From an uncultured virus (IMG/VR IMGVR_UViG_3300034082_002556) (taxonomy: Duplodnaviria; Heunggongvirae; Uroviricota; Caudoviricetes): a stretch of DNA of 64,000 bases. The DNA lies in IMG/VR virus record IMGVR_UViG_3300034082_002556. One strand, given 5' to 3'. The notes below the pieces were generated by a model. The model was given only the letters and a program-made list of their open reading frames with translations, was not told the DNA's origin and did no database searches. Positions 36,309-48,900 of the stretch are shown here, piece after piece (the stretch's first letter is position 1; every line of letters starts with the position of its first letter). Position numbers and translations under genes: made by a program.

Positions 36309-39053
36309 ATGTCAAGTAATATACAACGAAGTCGAGGCCGAGGTGCAGCTTATAAATTTGATCGCGGTGGTATGCCAACGGAGATGGGTCCTTTTATTGG
36401 CGAAGTCAAAAACAACGTTGATCCGGCCAAGGGTGGTCGATTGCAGGTATACATTAAACAATTTGCTGGTAATAACCCTGACGATAAATCGCTGTGGCGC
36501 ACAGTGTCGTATATTCCTCCGTTTTACGGAGTTACCCCAGGTAACAATTCATCTACCACAGTTGGCCCAGGCAACTACAAGGGCAATCAACAAAGTTATG
36601 GCATGTGGTTTACCCCGCCTGACATTGGGGTTAATGTTATTTGCTTCTTTGTAGCTGGCGATCCAAACCAGGGATATTATCTAGGATGTGTGCCAGATGA
36701 TGGTGCAAACCACATGATACCAGCTATTGGTGCCAGCAAAAAGTACGTGTTGCAAAATGCAGAACAAAAAAAATTAGCAAGCGGCGCCAATGCAACTCAA
36801 TTACCAGTTGTTGAGGCAAACTTTTATAGCAAAGATGTAGATGCTGACCCAAGATTTTTCTTGCAACCCAAACCGGTGCACAGTTATGTGTTTGCTATTC
36901 TGGCCAACCAGGGACTGTTGGGGGACAACATTCGTGGGCCAATTACAAGCAACAGTCAAAGAGAAAGTCCTAGTTCAGTATTTGGCATCAGCACACCCGG
37001 CCGGGCCATTTATCAAGGCGGCCTAACCGAAGCAACAATCAAACAAAAGCTAGATGCTGGCCAAATTAAAAAAACTGATATTCAAATTGAGGGGCGGCGC
37101 GGCGGGCACAGCATTGTACTAGATGACGGTGACCTTAAAGGTGTTGATAATCTGGTTCGCATACGAACCAGTAAAGGACATCAAATAACCATGAGCGATG
37201 ATGGTGATTGTTTGTACATCATTCATGCCAACGGCCAAAGCTGGATTGAGATGGGTTCCGAGGGAACCATTGATATGTATGCATCAAATTCAGTCAACGT
37301 CAGAACTGAAGGCGTTCTCAACTTACACGCAGACAAAGACGTCAACATCAATGCCAATGGCAAATTAAACCTGCGCGGGAAAACAGTATCAATAGAGAGT
37401 AAAGGTGCAATGTCTTTAAACAGCAGTAAAACATTGACCATGGTTGGCAAGATGTCAGTTGGTATATCAAGCACCGGAAGTGTTGCTGTAAAAAGCACGA
37501 TTGGAAGTTGGGCATCAACCGGATTTTTAAACCTCAAAGGTGCTGTGGTAAACATCAATGGGCCTGTGCCTGGTACCCCGGTACTGGACCCAACACCAAT
37601 ACAACTTTACAAACTAGACGATACAGCGTTTTCTGCAGCCAAGGGTTGGACAGTAAAACCTGGAGAGCTTGAGAGTATTGTAAATCGTGCCCCCACACAT
37701 GAACCATACCCGTATCACAACCTTGGGGTGCCAATCACAGTGGATTACAGCGACACAGGTGCTGGCTCCAGCGATAATGTTGAGGCAGCACCGCAAACAG
37801 AAGAAGTTAACTCTGCATTGGAAACCACTGTTGACTTGCCAGTAGTTGATGCAATTGACAATCAAACTTTGTTGTCGACTACCCCGGCAACAGACGCCAT
37901 TGGAAACTTGTCCACCAATGAAGTGACTAGTCTAATGGCACAAGCAAAAACTGCTGTGGGGCAAGCCGCAGATGCTGTGAGCATTGACAAAGGAATTGGC
38001 GAATTTGGATTCAAGCCAGAACAGTTGGAATCAGCTGGATTACTCAAACCTGGTACAGTAACACAGTTAAAATCTATAACATCTGGTATACCAAGCGCAG
38101 CCGACATTGCTCAAGCAGCCAAAATTAATCTTACTCCTGAGCAAGTGGCAGTCGGAAACAAAGTCTTAAAAACTTTGGCATCACCAACTGTGTGGACTGG
38201 GCAAAATGGTGTTACTAATCTAACAGGGCTGTTGAAAAATAATAACTTGCAATCTGATGTGCAACAAGGATTAATGTCTACTGCATTAACTGGACTGAAA
38301 GCCACAGGGCTAGTGTCTGGATCAGAAACAGCACAAAAACTGGGATCGCTTGTGCAGTCTGCTACCAAGTTTGGGGTTGGCGGAACAACACAATGGGTCA
38401 ACGGAGTTGCAAATAATAAACTAGTACAGGATGTTTCAAGCACAATCAAGAGTGCACAGTACGCAGTGAACTTTGTTAGTTCTCAGGCAACTAATGCTAC
38501 CAAGTTGTTGGGTACTCTGGGAACATCAACTGGCGCATCTGGTGCATTGTCAGTAGTATCAAGTGCAACAGGGCAAGCTAATCAGGTGTTATCAAGTGTA
38601 ACAGGTGAAGTAAATCAGGTGTTATCAAGTGTAAGCAACCAAGCAAATCAAGTAATTGGACAAGTCACTGGGCAACTGTCGGGCGCAGTAACTGAGGTGA
38701 CTAGCCAGGTTACAGCAGCCCTAGGCGATATTGTTGGACCGTTACGAGGACTTGGCGGACTTGGAGACCAATTTAGCAGTTTAAGCGGTTTGTCGGGAAT
38801 AACTGGACTACTAGGTGGTAGCGGACTTGGCGGGTTATTATCAGGCGGGCTTGGAAATGTCTTGGGTAGTCTAGGACTAAGCAGTCTAGGTAATCTTGGT
38901 GGCCTTGGCGCAATTGGCGGGCTGTTTGGCGGCGGTGGCGGTGCAGTTCCGGCTAGATACGCAGCTAACACAGTGAATAGAAAAGCTGTTGACAATGCAA
39001 TCAATGCAGCTCTTGGAGATTCAAAGATCCCTCCAATAACGTACTCCACATAA
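36309..39053 (+). CDS. gp5: Baseplate central spike (gp5/VgrG-like) with lysozyme-like segment and Gly-rich C-terminal extension
   Basis: G-VKNN-DP---GRLQV, PPDIG--V---F--GD---GY OB-fold; RIRT-KGHQI-M-D beta-helix repeats; PTHEPY. Confidence 0.75.
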   Translation: MSSNIQRSRGRGAAYKFDRGGMPTEMGPFIGEVKNNVDPAKGGRLQVYIKQFAGNNPDDKSLWRTVSYIPPFYGVTPGNNSSTTVGPGNYKGNQQSYGMWFTPPDIGVNVICFFVAGDPNQGYYLGCVPDDGANHMIPAIGASKKYVLQNAEQKKLASGANATQLPVVEANFYSKDVDADPRFFLQPKPVHSYVFAILANQGLLGDNIRGPITSNSQRESPSSVFGISTPGRAIYQGGLTEATIKQKLDAGQIKKTDIQIEGRRGGHSIVLDDGDLKGVDNLVRIRTSKGHQITMSDDGDCLYIIHANGQSWIEMGSEGTIDMYASNSVNVRTEGVLNLHADKDVNINANGKLNLRGKTVSIESKGAMSLNSSKTLTMVGKMSVGISSTGSVAVKSTIGSWASTGFLNLKGAVVNINGPVPGTPVLDPTPIQLYKLDDTAFSAAKGWTVKPGELESIVNRAPTHEPYPYHNLGVPITVDYSDTGAGSSDNVEAAPQTEEVNSALETTVDLPVVDAIDNQTLLSTTPATDAIGNLSTNEVTSLMAQAKTAVGQAADAVSIDKGIGEFGFKPEQLESAGLLKPGTVTQLKSITSGIPSAADIAQAAKINLTPEQVAVGNKVLKTLASPTVWTGQNGVTNLTGLLKNNNLQSDVQQGLMSTALTGLKATGLVSGSETAQKLGSLVQSATKFGVGGTTQWVNGVANNKLVQDVSSTIKSAQYAVNFVSSQATNATKLLGTLGTSTGASGALSVVSSATGQANQVLSSVTGEVNQVLSSVSNQANQVIGQVTGQLSGAVTEVTSQVTAALGDIVGPLRGLGGLGDQFSSLSGLSGITGLLGGSGLGGLLSGGLGNVLGSLGLSSLGNLGGLGAIGGLFGGGGGAVPARYAANTVNRKAVDNAINAALGDSKIPPITYST

Positions 39054-39059
39054 TACACA

Positions 39060-39066
39060 ATAAATA
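39060..39066 (+). promoter_or_regulatory. Late promoter ATAAATA (others at 39468-39474, 57143-57149, 57905-57911, 57930-57936)
   Basis: T4 late consensus just upstream of structural genes. Confidence 0.6.
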
Positions 39067-39070
39067 CACT

Positions 39071-39445
39071 ATGCCTACATTTATTGGTTTTAACACTATC
39101 AATCAAAACAAAAAGTTCACACTGACTGATGCCCAATTGGTCAAACGTGATCTTTCCAACGCACTAAACATTCAGCCAGGCGACCTAGTGGGAAAGCCCG
39201 AGTATGGAACAAATATCTGGAGTTATGTATTTGAAAGTCAGATACCAGAAACTTCAGCCAGGATACTAGCTGAACTACAACGAGTAGCCGGCGGCGATCC
39301 ACGAATTTTTATTTCAGATGCACAAGTATACCCGCAAGACAATGGTGTGCTGATCGAACTACAAGTGATGATAGTTCCAAGCAGTACTTCAGAACGGTTG
39401 TCGTTATTTTTTGATCAAACATCTCGACGTGCAAGCTTTATCTAA
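39071..39445 (+). CDS. gp25: Baseplate wedge subunit gp25-like
   Basis: LTD--LVK-DL-N-L----G-----PEYGT-IW---FE, DPRI. Confidence 0.85.
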   Translation: MPTFIGFNTINQNKKFTLTDAQLVKRDLSNALNIQPGDLVGKPEYGTNIWSYVFESQIPETSARILAELQRVAGGDPRIFISDAQVYPQDNGVLIELQVMIVPSSTSERLSLFFDQTSRRASFI

Positions 39446-39492
39446 AAGTACATAGTTTATTTGGGCCATAAATACTCAAACAACGAGATACT

Positions 39493-42400
39493 ATGGCCAA
39501 GACAACACGACAAACCGCAATATTTGGTGTAGAAGACTGGAAGAGACTCTATCAAACTTATAGAGAAGCCGACTTCCAATCCTACGATTTTGAGACATTA
39601 CGCAAGAGCTTTGTTGACTACCTGCGTCTTTACTACCCTGAAACATTTAACGACTACATTGAGTCAAGCGAGTTTATTGCATTGCTTGATGTCATGGCGT
39701 TTATGGGACAGGCACTGGCATTCCGCAATGATCTCAATACCCGTGAAAACTTCCTAGACACCGCTGAACGAAGAGATTCAGTTGTGCGCCTGGCCAATTT
39801 GGTCAGTTACACACCCAAGCGTAACACCTCGTCTCAGGGATATCTAAAGGTATTTTCAGTTAGCACAACTGAAAGTGTGGTTGATTACAATGGCATTAAC
39901 TTGGCCAATGTAACTATTGACTGGAATGATCCAACCAACCCCAACTGGCTAGAACAATTTACAACTATTGTTAACTCGTCGCTGCTCGCAAGCCAAAAAT
40001 TTGGTCGCCCGGGCAATAAACAAACAATCCTTGGCGTTGGCACCGATGAATATACTGTTAATTTAGTTCCGGGCTATCTACCAGTGGTTCCGTACACCGC
40101 AGTAGTGGATGGTGTCAACATGCCGTTTGAGGTTACCAGTGCAACCAGCATTGGTAAAGCTTATGTCTATGAGCCACCACCACAACCAAATGGTGCATTT
40201 AACATATTGTATCGAAATGATGGCCTGGGTTTTGGCAGTAACAACACTGGATTCTTTTTCTTGTTCAAACAAGGAGTGTTGCAGAATCAAGATTTTAACT
40301 TAGCTGAAGCAATTCCCAATCGAACAGTTGCTATCAATATTGAAGGTTGTAACGAACAAGATCATTGGTTATACAAACTAGATGATGTGGGTAGTGTTGC
40401 CTCTGAATGGACATTTGTTAACAATATTTTTGCTGGAGCAGTTGAGCAGTTGGCTCCTGACCAGCGAACATTGTATTCTATTACCAGCAGAGTCAACGAT
40501 CAAATTACGCTGACATTTGGTGACGGCGTATTCTCCAGCATCCCAGTGGGAACTTTTAGAACTTATGTTCGTGCAAGTAATGGACTTGAATACATTATCA
40601 ATCCAGAAGAAATGCAGAACATAGTTGTGCCCATTAGCTATATTAGCCGTCAAGGACGATTGGAAACAATTACATTCACATGTGGTATAACCACACCGGT
40701 GACAAATGCCCAAGCTAGAGAATCTCTAGCAGAGATCAAACAACGTGCCCCTGCACGTTACTACACACAGAACCGCATGGTCAACGGCGAAGATTATAAC
40801 AACTTCCCGTTCACTGAATTTAACTCAATCATCAAGAGCAAATCTGTTGTACGTAGCAGCATTGGCTCTTCAAGATATATTGATCTCACTGATGTCACTG
40901 GCAAATATTCTAGTACCAATATCTTTGCCAGCGATGGTGTAATTTATCGCGAAAATGTTTTGCCTAGTTTTGAGTTTAGTTGGTTCAATCGTAATGACAT
41001 TGTTGATGTATTGAGTAGATCAGTTTACCCAGTTGTGGCAGGCCGTAGCTTGTTGCAATTTTATTATGAAAATTTTCCTCGTCCGCCACTGACTGTAATC
41101 GGCGCAGGATGGAATCAATCCACAAGCCTAGTTAATGAAACCAGCGGCTATTTTTACTATGGTCCGCAGAAAACACCGTTACCACTTGGTCAGTACACAA
41201 ACAACAATGCCAAATACATAACAGTTGGCAGCTTGGTACAATTTAGAGCTCCAACGGGTCAATTTTTTGATGCCAACAATCGGTTGCAAACTGGCACACC
41301 CACTCGCGCTGACGAGAAATTAACAATCTGGGCATCAGTTACTTCAGTAGTGGTTGATGGCACTGCGCAAGGCCTGGGCAATTTGCCCAACGGTGTGGGT
41401 CCAGTAACTCTTAACAATTTTGTACCAACTGGCGCACTTGCGCAGGTTGTAATTCCAAGATTTATCAATCAACTGCCGTTGACCTTGCAACAAAGCATGA
41501 TTCAACAAATTGAACTATTCCGTAATTTCGGCATTGGATTTGATAACCTAAACGGCACTTGGTATCTAATTAGTAGTACCAATTTAGCATCCACATCGCC
41601 ATTTAGTTTGAGTTACGCACAAAACACCCAAGGGTTAAATCTTGATGCAAGTTGGCTGATTCAGTTTACCACAAATGGCCAAGGCTATGTGGTCACCTCT
41701 CGTGGTCTAGACTATAAATTTGCCAGCGTGTTGCAAACTCGATTTTACTATGATGGCAACGGCCTAGTGTATGACAGCACAACTGGTTCAGTGATCAATG
41801 ACTATATCAAGGTGTTGAAAATAAATTCCAAGCCTGACACAAACGAGCCTTTGCCATCTGATATTGTCATGGACATCATTGGGCAACCCATTCAAAGCGA
41901 TGGATATGTTAACGATTACGAAGTTGACATCAGTTATGTGGACAGCGATGGCGATGGTATAGCAGATGATCCTGACTTCTTTGATACCATAGTTGAACCA
42001 TCAGTTGATCCATCAACTAAACTGGTATTTTTCCGTCAGACAGTAGATTTTGATGATCTTGAAAGATACTTGCCAGTAGAACCAGGAGTGGTGATCAGCA
42101 GGTACGCTACTCTCGATGATGTTGAATTGGTCAAGAGCGAGTATGTAAATGGACAAGTATTTTACACCACATCCACAGACAAGTTTTATCAACTTGAAGT
42201 TTTGTTTGTGAATGGAATACAACAACGAACACTAGTTGAGTTGAGTTCTTACATAGCTCGGGTAGGACGCGGTGCTCTGTCGTTCCAATATCGTCACAAC
42301 AGTGCACTAACAAACATAATTGATCCAGGCACCACCAACATTATTGATATGTACTTGGTGACTCAAAGCTACTACACAGCGTATCAAAATTACATTACTG

Positions 42401-42993
42401 ACACCACTGGCACAGTGCCACAACCAGCACCACCAGATATAGCACAGCTAACTACAGCATATTCAACTCTTGATGACTACAAAATGATTTCAGACAACAT
42501 TGTTTTTAATTCAGTAACGTTTAAACCATTGTTTGGAGCCAAAGCACCCTTGCAACTACAGGGCATTATCAAAGTGGTCAAGGCTTTGAACACAGTTGCA
42601 AGTGACAGCGAAATCAAGAGTCAAGTTGTTGCCAAGATTAATGAATATTTTACTATTGACAAATGGGATTTTGGTGATAGTTTTTATTTCTCAGAATTGG
42701 CTGCTTATCTGCACAGACAACTAGGATCCATAATCAGTTCAGTTGTGTTGGTGCCACTCAACCCTCTAAAAAGTTTTGGTGACTTGTATGAAATACGATC
42801 AGCACCAAATGAAATTTTTGTAAGCGCGGCAACTGTCAGCGACATCGAGGTAATTTCGGCACTAACACAAAGCAATATCCGAAGTCAAACTTCGGTATCA
42901 GGATTATATCCAGTAACCTCAATTGGTGCGCCTGGCATCACGATTGGACAAACTGGAACAACACCACTCACTAATGGTGGGAGTAACTACTAA
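39493..42993 (+). CDS. gp6: Baseplate wedge subunit gp6-like
   Basis: DFETLR, ENFLDTAERRDSV-RLA--VSY-PKR, FGDG, ES---IK-RAP--Y-TQNRMVNGEDY. Confidence 0.85.
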   Translation: MAKTTRQTAIFGVEDWKRLYQTYREADFQSYDFETLRKSFVDYLRLYYPETFNDYIESSEFIALLDVMAFMGQALAFRNDLNTRENFLDTAERRDSVVRLANLVSYTPKRNTSSQGYLKVFSVSTTESVVDYNGINLANVTIDWNDPTNPNWLEQFTTIVNSSLLASQKFGRPGNKQTILGVGTDEYTVNLVPGYLPVVPYTAVVDGVNMPFEVTSATSIGKAYVYEPPPQPNGAFNILYRNDGLGFGSNNTGFFFLFKQGVLQNQDFNLAEAIPNRTVAINIEGCNEQDHWLYKLDDVGSVASEWTFVNNIFAGAVEQLAPDQRTLYSITSRVNDQITLTFGDGVFSSIPVGTFRTYVRASNGLEYIINPEEMQNIVVPISYISRQGRLETITFTCGITTPVTNAQARESLAEIKQRAPARYYTQNRMVNGEDYNNFPFTEFNSIIKSKSVVRSSIGSSRYIDLTDVTGKYSSTNIFASDGVIYRENVLPSFEFSWFNRNDIVDVLSRSVYPVVAGRSLLQFYYENFPRPPLTVIGAGWNQSTSLVNETSGYFYYGPQKTPLPLGQYTNNNAKYITVGSLVQFRAPTGQFFDANNRLQTGTPTRADEKLTIWASVTSVVVDGTAQGLGNLPNGVGPVTLNNFVPTGALAQVVIPRFINQLPLTLQQSMIQQIELFRNFGIGFDNLNGTWYLISSTNLASTSPFSLSYAQNTQGLNLDASWLIQFTTNGQGYVVTSRGLDYKFASVLQTRFYYDGNGLVYDSTTGSVINDYIKVLKINSKPDTNEPLPSDIVMDIIGQPIQSDGYVNDYEVDISYVDSDGDGIADDPDFFDTIVEPSVDPSTKLVFFRQTVDFDDLERYLPVEPGVVISRYATLDDVELVKSEYVNGQVFYTTSTDKFYQLEVLFVNGIQQRTLVELSSYIARVGRGALSFQYRHNSALTNIIDPGTTNIIDMYLVTQSYYTAYQNYITDTTGTVPQPAPPDIAQLTTAYSTLDDYKMISDNIVFNSVTFKPLFGAKAPLQLQGIIKVVKALNTVASDSEIKSQVVAKINEYFTIDKWDFGDSFYFSELAAYLHRQLGSIISSVVLVPLNPLKSFGDLYEIRSAPNEIFVSAATVSDIEVISALTQSNIRSQTSVSGLYPVTSIGAPGITIGQTGTTPLTNGGSNY

Positions 42994-45900
42994 TGGCATT
43001 ACACAGAACCGTTGATCTTTTACCAGAGATTTTTCGTACAGGTACGAACCGCAAGTTTTTGGCAGCAACCCTAGACCAATTAACCCAGGAACCCAATGTT
43101 AATCGTACTCAAGGATACGTGGGGCGTCGAGTTGGTCCAGGCGTAAATCCTGCTGACAAATATTTGACAGAACCAACTGCAACTCGTACAGACTATCAGC
43201 TTGAGCCCGGTGTGGTATTGTTGGACCCCAACACATCACGTGCTCGTGATGTAATGACATATCCGGGCATAATTGATGCATTGAATTTGCAAAAAGGCGA
43301 TGTCTCACGTCAAGATCGGTTGTTTGAAAGCGAATACTATTCGTGGGATCCATTCTGCGACCTTGATAAATTCAATAACTACAGCCAATATTATTGGTTG
43401 CCAACAGGACCGTCATCAGTTGATGTTGGATCCAGTGATGTGTTGTTGACTGATGATTTTGCAGTTACTCGAACAGACACAGCATATCAATTCTTTGGAG
43501 TCCTAGGTAACAATCCAGTCATCACACTAGCACGTGGTGGATCATATACATTTGATGTCAATCAACTTGGTTACAATTTTTGGATTCAAGCCGCGCCTGG
43601 TATTAATGGTCGATTACCGCAAACACCAAATATCAGCAGCAGAGATGTATACGGTGTAACCAACAACGGCGACGATGTTGGTACTATCACCTTTGATGTT
43701 CCGTTAAAAAATGCTCAAGATTTTTATTATGCTCTAAACACACGGGCACCAGTTGACCTAGTTGCGCCAGAATTAAAATTCAATCAACTCAACAATATAT
43801 ACGTGTCGGCATTCCTAGCAGCCAATCCCACTGGGGTTGATGGTATCACTGAGTTAGATGGTCGAACAATAATTTTTACAAATCAGATTTCTGACCCAGC
43901 TGCTGGTGGCTGGCAAATTAACACACAGTTTGATCCAATAAACACTGGAGACACAGGTGCACTTGGTACATATGATTCAATTTTGTTTGACCAAACCACT
44001 GACATAACACTACAAAGTCAGCGTTACAGCATTTGGCAAATCAACTATGTCTACGATAACGACGGTCAGCCATTTATGCAACTTAGTAGCATTGCTGAAG
44101 TTCCAGCACTGACTAAATTTCGCATTGATTACGGAACACAATACAGCAGTACAGTTTGGTACAAAGCCGACACTGGCTACTTTGAACAACAACCTTTGTT
44201 GACGGCCATACAAGATACATTGTACTATCAAGATAGTGTAAACCCAGAAATTTTTGGTCAGATTAGACTAATTGATGCAGATGCGTCGGCGCCAATTGAC
44301 ATCAACGAAATTATTGGAGCCAAAAACTATACCAGCCCAAATGGTGTAGTGTTTACCAATGGATTAAAAGTACAATTTCGCGGAGTCACGAGTCCTGCTG
44401 GATATGAAAATCTAGAATACTATGTTGAAGGAGTGGGCACAGGCCCTGGATCAATTGCCAAAGTTGGATTTGTTGACGGGCAAGCATATTTTGGTCCTTG
44501 GCACGTGTACAATGGCCAAAAGATTACTGGCCTGGCCTCGTCAACTGATTTTCAACAATACATTTATGATTCAGTTGATGAAAGCATTGCTAATCTTGGA
44601 GCAGGGGCACCAGAAGGTGCACCGTTACCAACTGCTTCAGTTGCAGGTGCGGCATTAGGCAACGGAATACGGCTTGTGCCAGTGTCCGACATGATCACGC
44701 CTGAAACATACACAACAAGTGAACTTGTTCCATATTCAAGCATTCCGTATGATACCGGCGGATACGATGCAAATTTAAATTCACCGTTGGTACCAGACTA
44801 CCTGGTACAGAACCGCTCTAGTCAAAGTAGAAACGCTTGGAGCCGTTGCAACCGTTGGTTCCACATTGATGTTATCAACTACAGTGCTGAACGAAACAAT
44901 CAACCTTCAGTGGTCAATAATGACCAACGTGCAAAACGACCAATCATTGAATTCCGGGCAAATCTTGACCTTTGGAACACTGGCACACAGGCCAAAGAGC
45001 CAGTTAATATCATTGACTTTCAAACCACCGACGCACTTGGCAATGTCAACGGACAGACTGGATATGGGGTAGATGGCTACAACTTTTTGAATGGTACTCG
45101 TGTAATTTTTGCAGCCGACATTGATCCGGCAGTGCGAAACAAAATTTACACAGTTAGATTTATTGACCCAACCAATTCTGGAACACTGATTATTGATCTA
45201 GTGCCGGCTGCTGATGGCAATCCGCTATATGATCAGACCGTGGTGAGTTTAAACGGTCTAAATCAACAAGGCAAAAGCTTTTGGTTTAATGGTGTAACAT
45301 GGCAGTTGGCACAGCAAAAAACCAAAGTAAATCAAGCGCCGCTATTTGATGTTTATGACATCAATGGATTTAGTTTTGGTGATCGTGCAGTATATCCTAG
45401 CACTACCTTTACTGGTAGTCGATTGTTTGGTTACACTGATGGCGGCCAGTCAGTTACCGACGTTGTGCTGGGCTTCCCGCTAAAGTTTTTGAACATCAAC
45501 AACGTTGGCGATATACTATTTTCTAATTATCTTTACACCGACACATTTATCTACGTGCGTGACAAAACCAGCACAACCCAGGCTATCAGCACAGGATTTG
45601 TGCGTCAGTACATTGATCGCACATCATTCTCTAGTCAACTGGGCTGGCAACCAGCGGCAGCTAAAAATCGTAGCCGCCAGGTGTTCAGATTTACCTATGA
45701 CGCAACTCCGCTGATATTAGACGTTCCGGTTGACACTAGTTCAGTCTACCCACCAGTGCAAGTGTTTGCCGATGGAGTATTTGTTGATACTACCAAGTAC
45801 TCAACTACAGTAAGCGACACGTCGACTACTATAACATTCAATGTTACGATTCCGGTAAACACCATAATTGAACTGCAAGTTATCAGCAACTATGCTAGCA

Positions 45901-48900
45901 AGATTGGATTCTATCAAGTACCATTGAATTTAGAAAACAATGCTCCAAACGGAAACAGCCCACAGTTCACACTTGGCACAATTCGCACACACTACGATAG
46001 TATTGGACAAAATTTACGTGGTCTAGTGGGGGTAATTAACGGTGCTAACAATTCTCGCGATCTCGGCGACATTATTCCTTACGGCACAAACATTGTGCAA
46101 CATTCATCACCGCTGGTATTACCCGGTGTGTATCTGCGCGACCCGCAATATGAATTGTTTAATTCGCTGACCTTTAGCAATCAGGAGTACAGCAAGTACA
46201 AAGCTCGATTGACCGATCTTGCGGGCCAAGGCGACTTTATTAATTCAACACCAACCCAAGTACTAGACAGTGTGCTGTCAGAAATGACTCTTGGCAAGAC
46301 TGAGATGTTTCCGTTTTACTGGAGTGACATGATTCCAGGTGGCGAAACATACACAGAAATCAACTATACCTACTCGCAAGTCAGCACAGATGTATTTGGT
46401 ATTAATAAAGTTTATGATTTTACCCAGTCCAATTTCCAGAGCGTATTGGTTTATTTAAATGGTACAATTCTAACTCGTGGGTATGATTACACTGTTTCTA
46501 CCAACAGCGCAACAATCACAATCTCTGCACCGCTGGCCATTGGTGATTTAATTACAATTCGAGAATACGATACTACGTATGGTAGTTTTATCCCCAACAC
46601 GCCCACAAAGATGGGCTTGTACCCAGCGTACCGTCCAGAAATTTATCTAGACGAAACATACGTTGAGCCGACGTTGGTGATTCGTGGACACGATGGGTCA
46701 ATTACCATAGCGTTTGGTGACTACCGCGACAATGTGTTGCTGGAATTTGAGACTCGTATTTTCAACAACCTTAAAATTGTTACACCGGTGCCATTAGACG
46801 CAGATGATGTAATCCCTGGGCAGTTCCGCACAACCGACTATTCATTAACTGAAATTAATTCAATCTTGTTGCCAGATTTTCTATCATGGGTTGGCTGGAA
46901 CAAGTTGGATTATACTTCACAAAACTATCTACCAAACAATCCATTCACCTACAACTATAGTCAGAGTGGTAACCGTCTCACCGCGCAACCTTTGTTGGGT
47001 GCATGGCGTGGTATCTATGAATATTTCTATGATACTATCACACCCAACACTACTCCGTGGGAAATGTTAGGTTTTAGTCAAGAACCGTATTGGTGGGAGG
47101 ATGCATATGGTCCTGCACCATACACATCAGGAAACTTGGTGTTGTGGCGCGACCTAGAACGTGGGTACATTGCAGATCCGTTGTCTCCAAGGATTGATCC
47201 GCGATACGCTCGTCCAGGCTTAACAACTGTTATCCCAGCAGGTACCGAAGGTGCACTGTTGGATCCGTTGCAGTCTACAGTTGGAAACTATGATGCAACC
47301 AGTTTCCGTCGTAGTTGGACATTTGGTGATGATGGTCCTGTAGAAAACGCCTGGAGAACCAGTTCAGCTTGGCCGTTTGCAGTCATGCGCTTGTTGGCAT
47401 TAACAAAACCAGCTGAATTTTTTAGCCTGTTTGCTGATCGTGATCGTTATGTGTACAACACTGGCATTGAACAGTATCTATGGGATAACCGTTACAGACT
47501 TGAAGCCAGTAACCTGACACCGTTATACGGCAATGGGGTTAGCAAAGCCAGCTACAACAACTGGATTATTGATTATAATCAACAGCGAGGCGTTGATAGT
47601 TCGTCGCTGTTATCTAGAACGTTGGCCAATGTTGATGTAAGACTTTGCTGGCGCACAGCAGCATTTACTGATAAGAATTATTTAAAAATTTACTCTGAAC
47701 GGTCAACTCCAACTGGTACAAACAACAGCTTGTTGCTGCCAGACGAAAGTTATCAGGTTTTGTTGTATCAAAATCAACCTTTTGAACAAGTGACCTATAG
47801 TGGAGTAATTGTTCAACGCACCGACACTGGGTGGGCAGTTTTTGGTTACAACAGTGTTGCTAGCTATTTTGAAATTGCAGTATCCAAGCCAACAGGACAG
47901 TTTGTTGTGGTATCAGCTGGCGGCTCGCAGGAGCGTGTGTCAATCGAGTACTCAAATACAGTCGCACAGATTCCTTATGGATTTGTATTCACCAGTCAGG
48001 CAGCAGTGTGTGATTTCTTGTACAGCTATGGCAAGTTGTTGGCTGACCGCGGCATGACTTTTGAAGGAATTGAAAACGGTTATATCATGAACTGGCCGCA
48101 AATGGCACAGGAATTTTTGTATTGGAGCAACCAAGGATGGACTTCAGGTAGTATTATCAACTTGAACCCGGCTGCAACAAGTATTTCAGTTCTACGACCT
48201 GGGGCAGTGGTTGAAAGCATACAGCCACCAAGACTTGATAGCATTGTGCTAAATCAAAATCGCACTGCAATATCTCCAAGCGAGTTGGTAATTGATCGAT
48301 TTGAAAACACATTTAAAATCTCAACAACAACATCAAGTTTTATTAACTTTTTGAATCTGAGATTTACAGCATACGAACACATGGTGGTGTTGGACAATCG
48401 AAGTATTTTTGCTGATCTAATCTACGATCCTGTGACAGGTGCCCGCCAAAGCCGCGTGCTGGTTTCGGGATGGCTAACAGGAGATTGGAACGGAACAGTT
48501 AATGCTCCTGGTTTTGTTCTCAATCAAGACAACATTCAAGAATGGCAACCAAATAGCAAGTACACCAAGGGCGACATTGTGTTGTTCAAGGATCAGTACT
48601 GGAGTGCAAGCACCATCATCAGGCCCAGCGCAGAATTTGATTTCAGCCTGTGGATCAAGAGCGACTACGGACAAATACAAAAAGGATTGTTGCCTAACTC
48701 TGCCAACGCCAGCGATCAACTGGCACGATCTTACAGCGTATATGATGCCAACCTTGAAACAGAAGTTGACATTTTCAGCTATGGGCTAATTGGATTCCGT
48801 CCTCGACAGTACATGCAGTCATTAAATCTTGACGATGTTAGTCAGGTCAATCTGTATCAACAGTTTCTTGGTACAAAAGGAACAGTTCGTGCAACCAACT

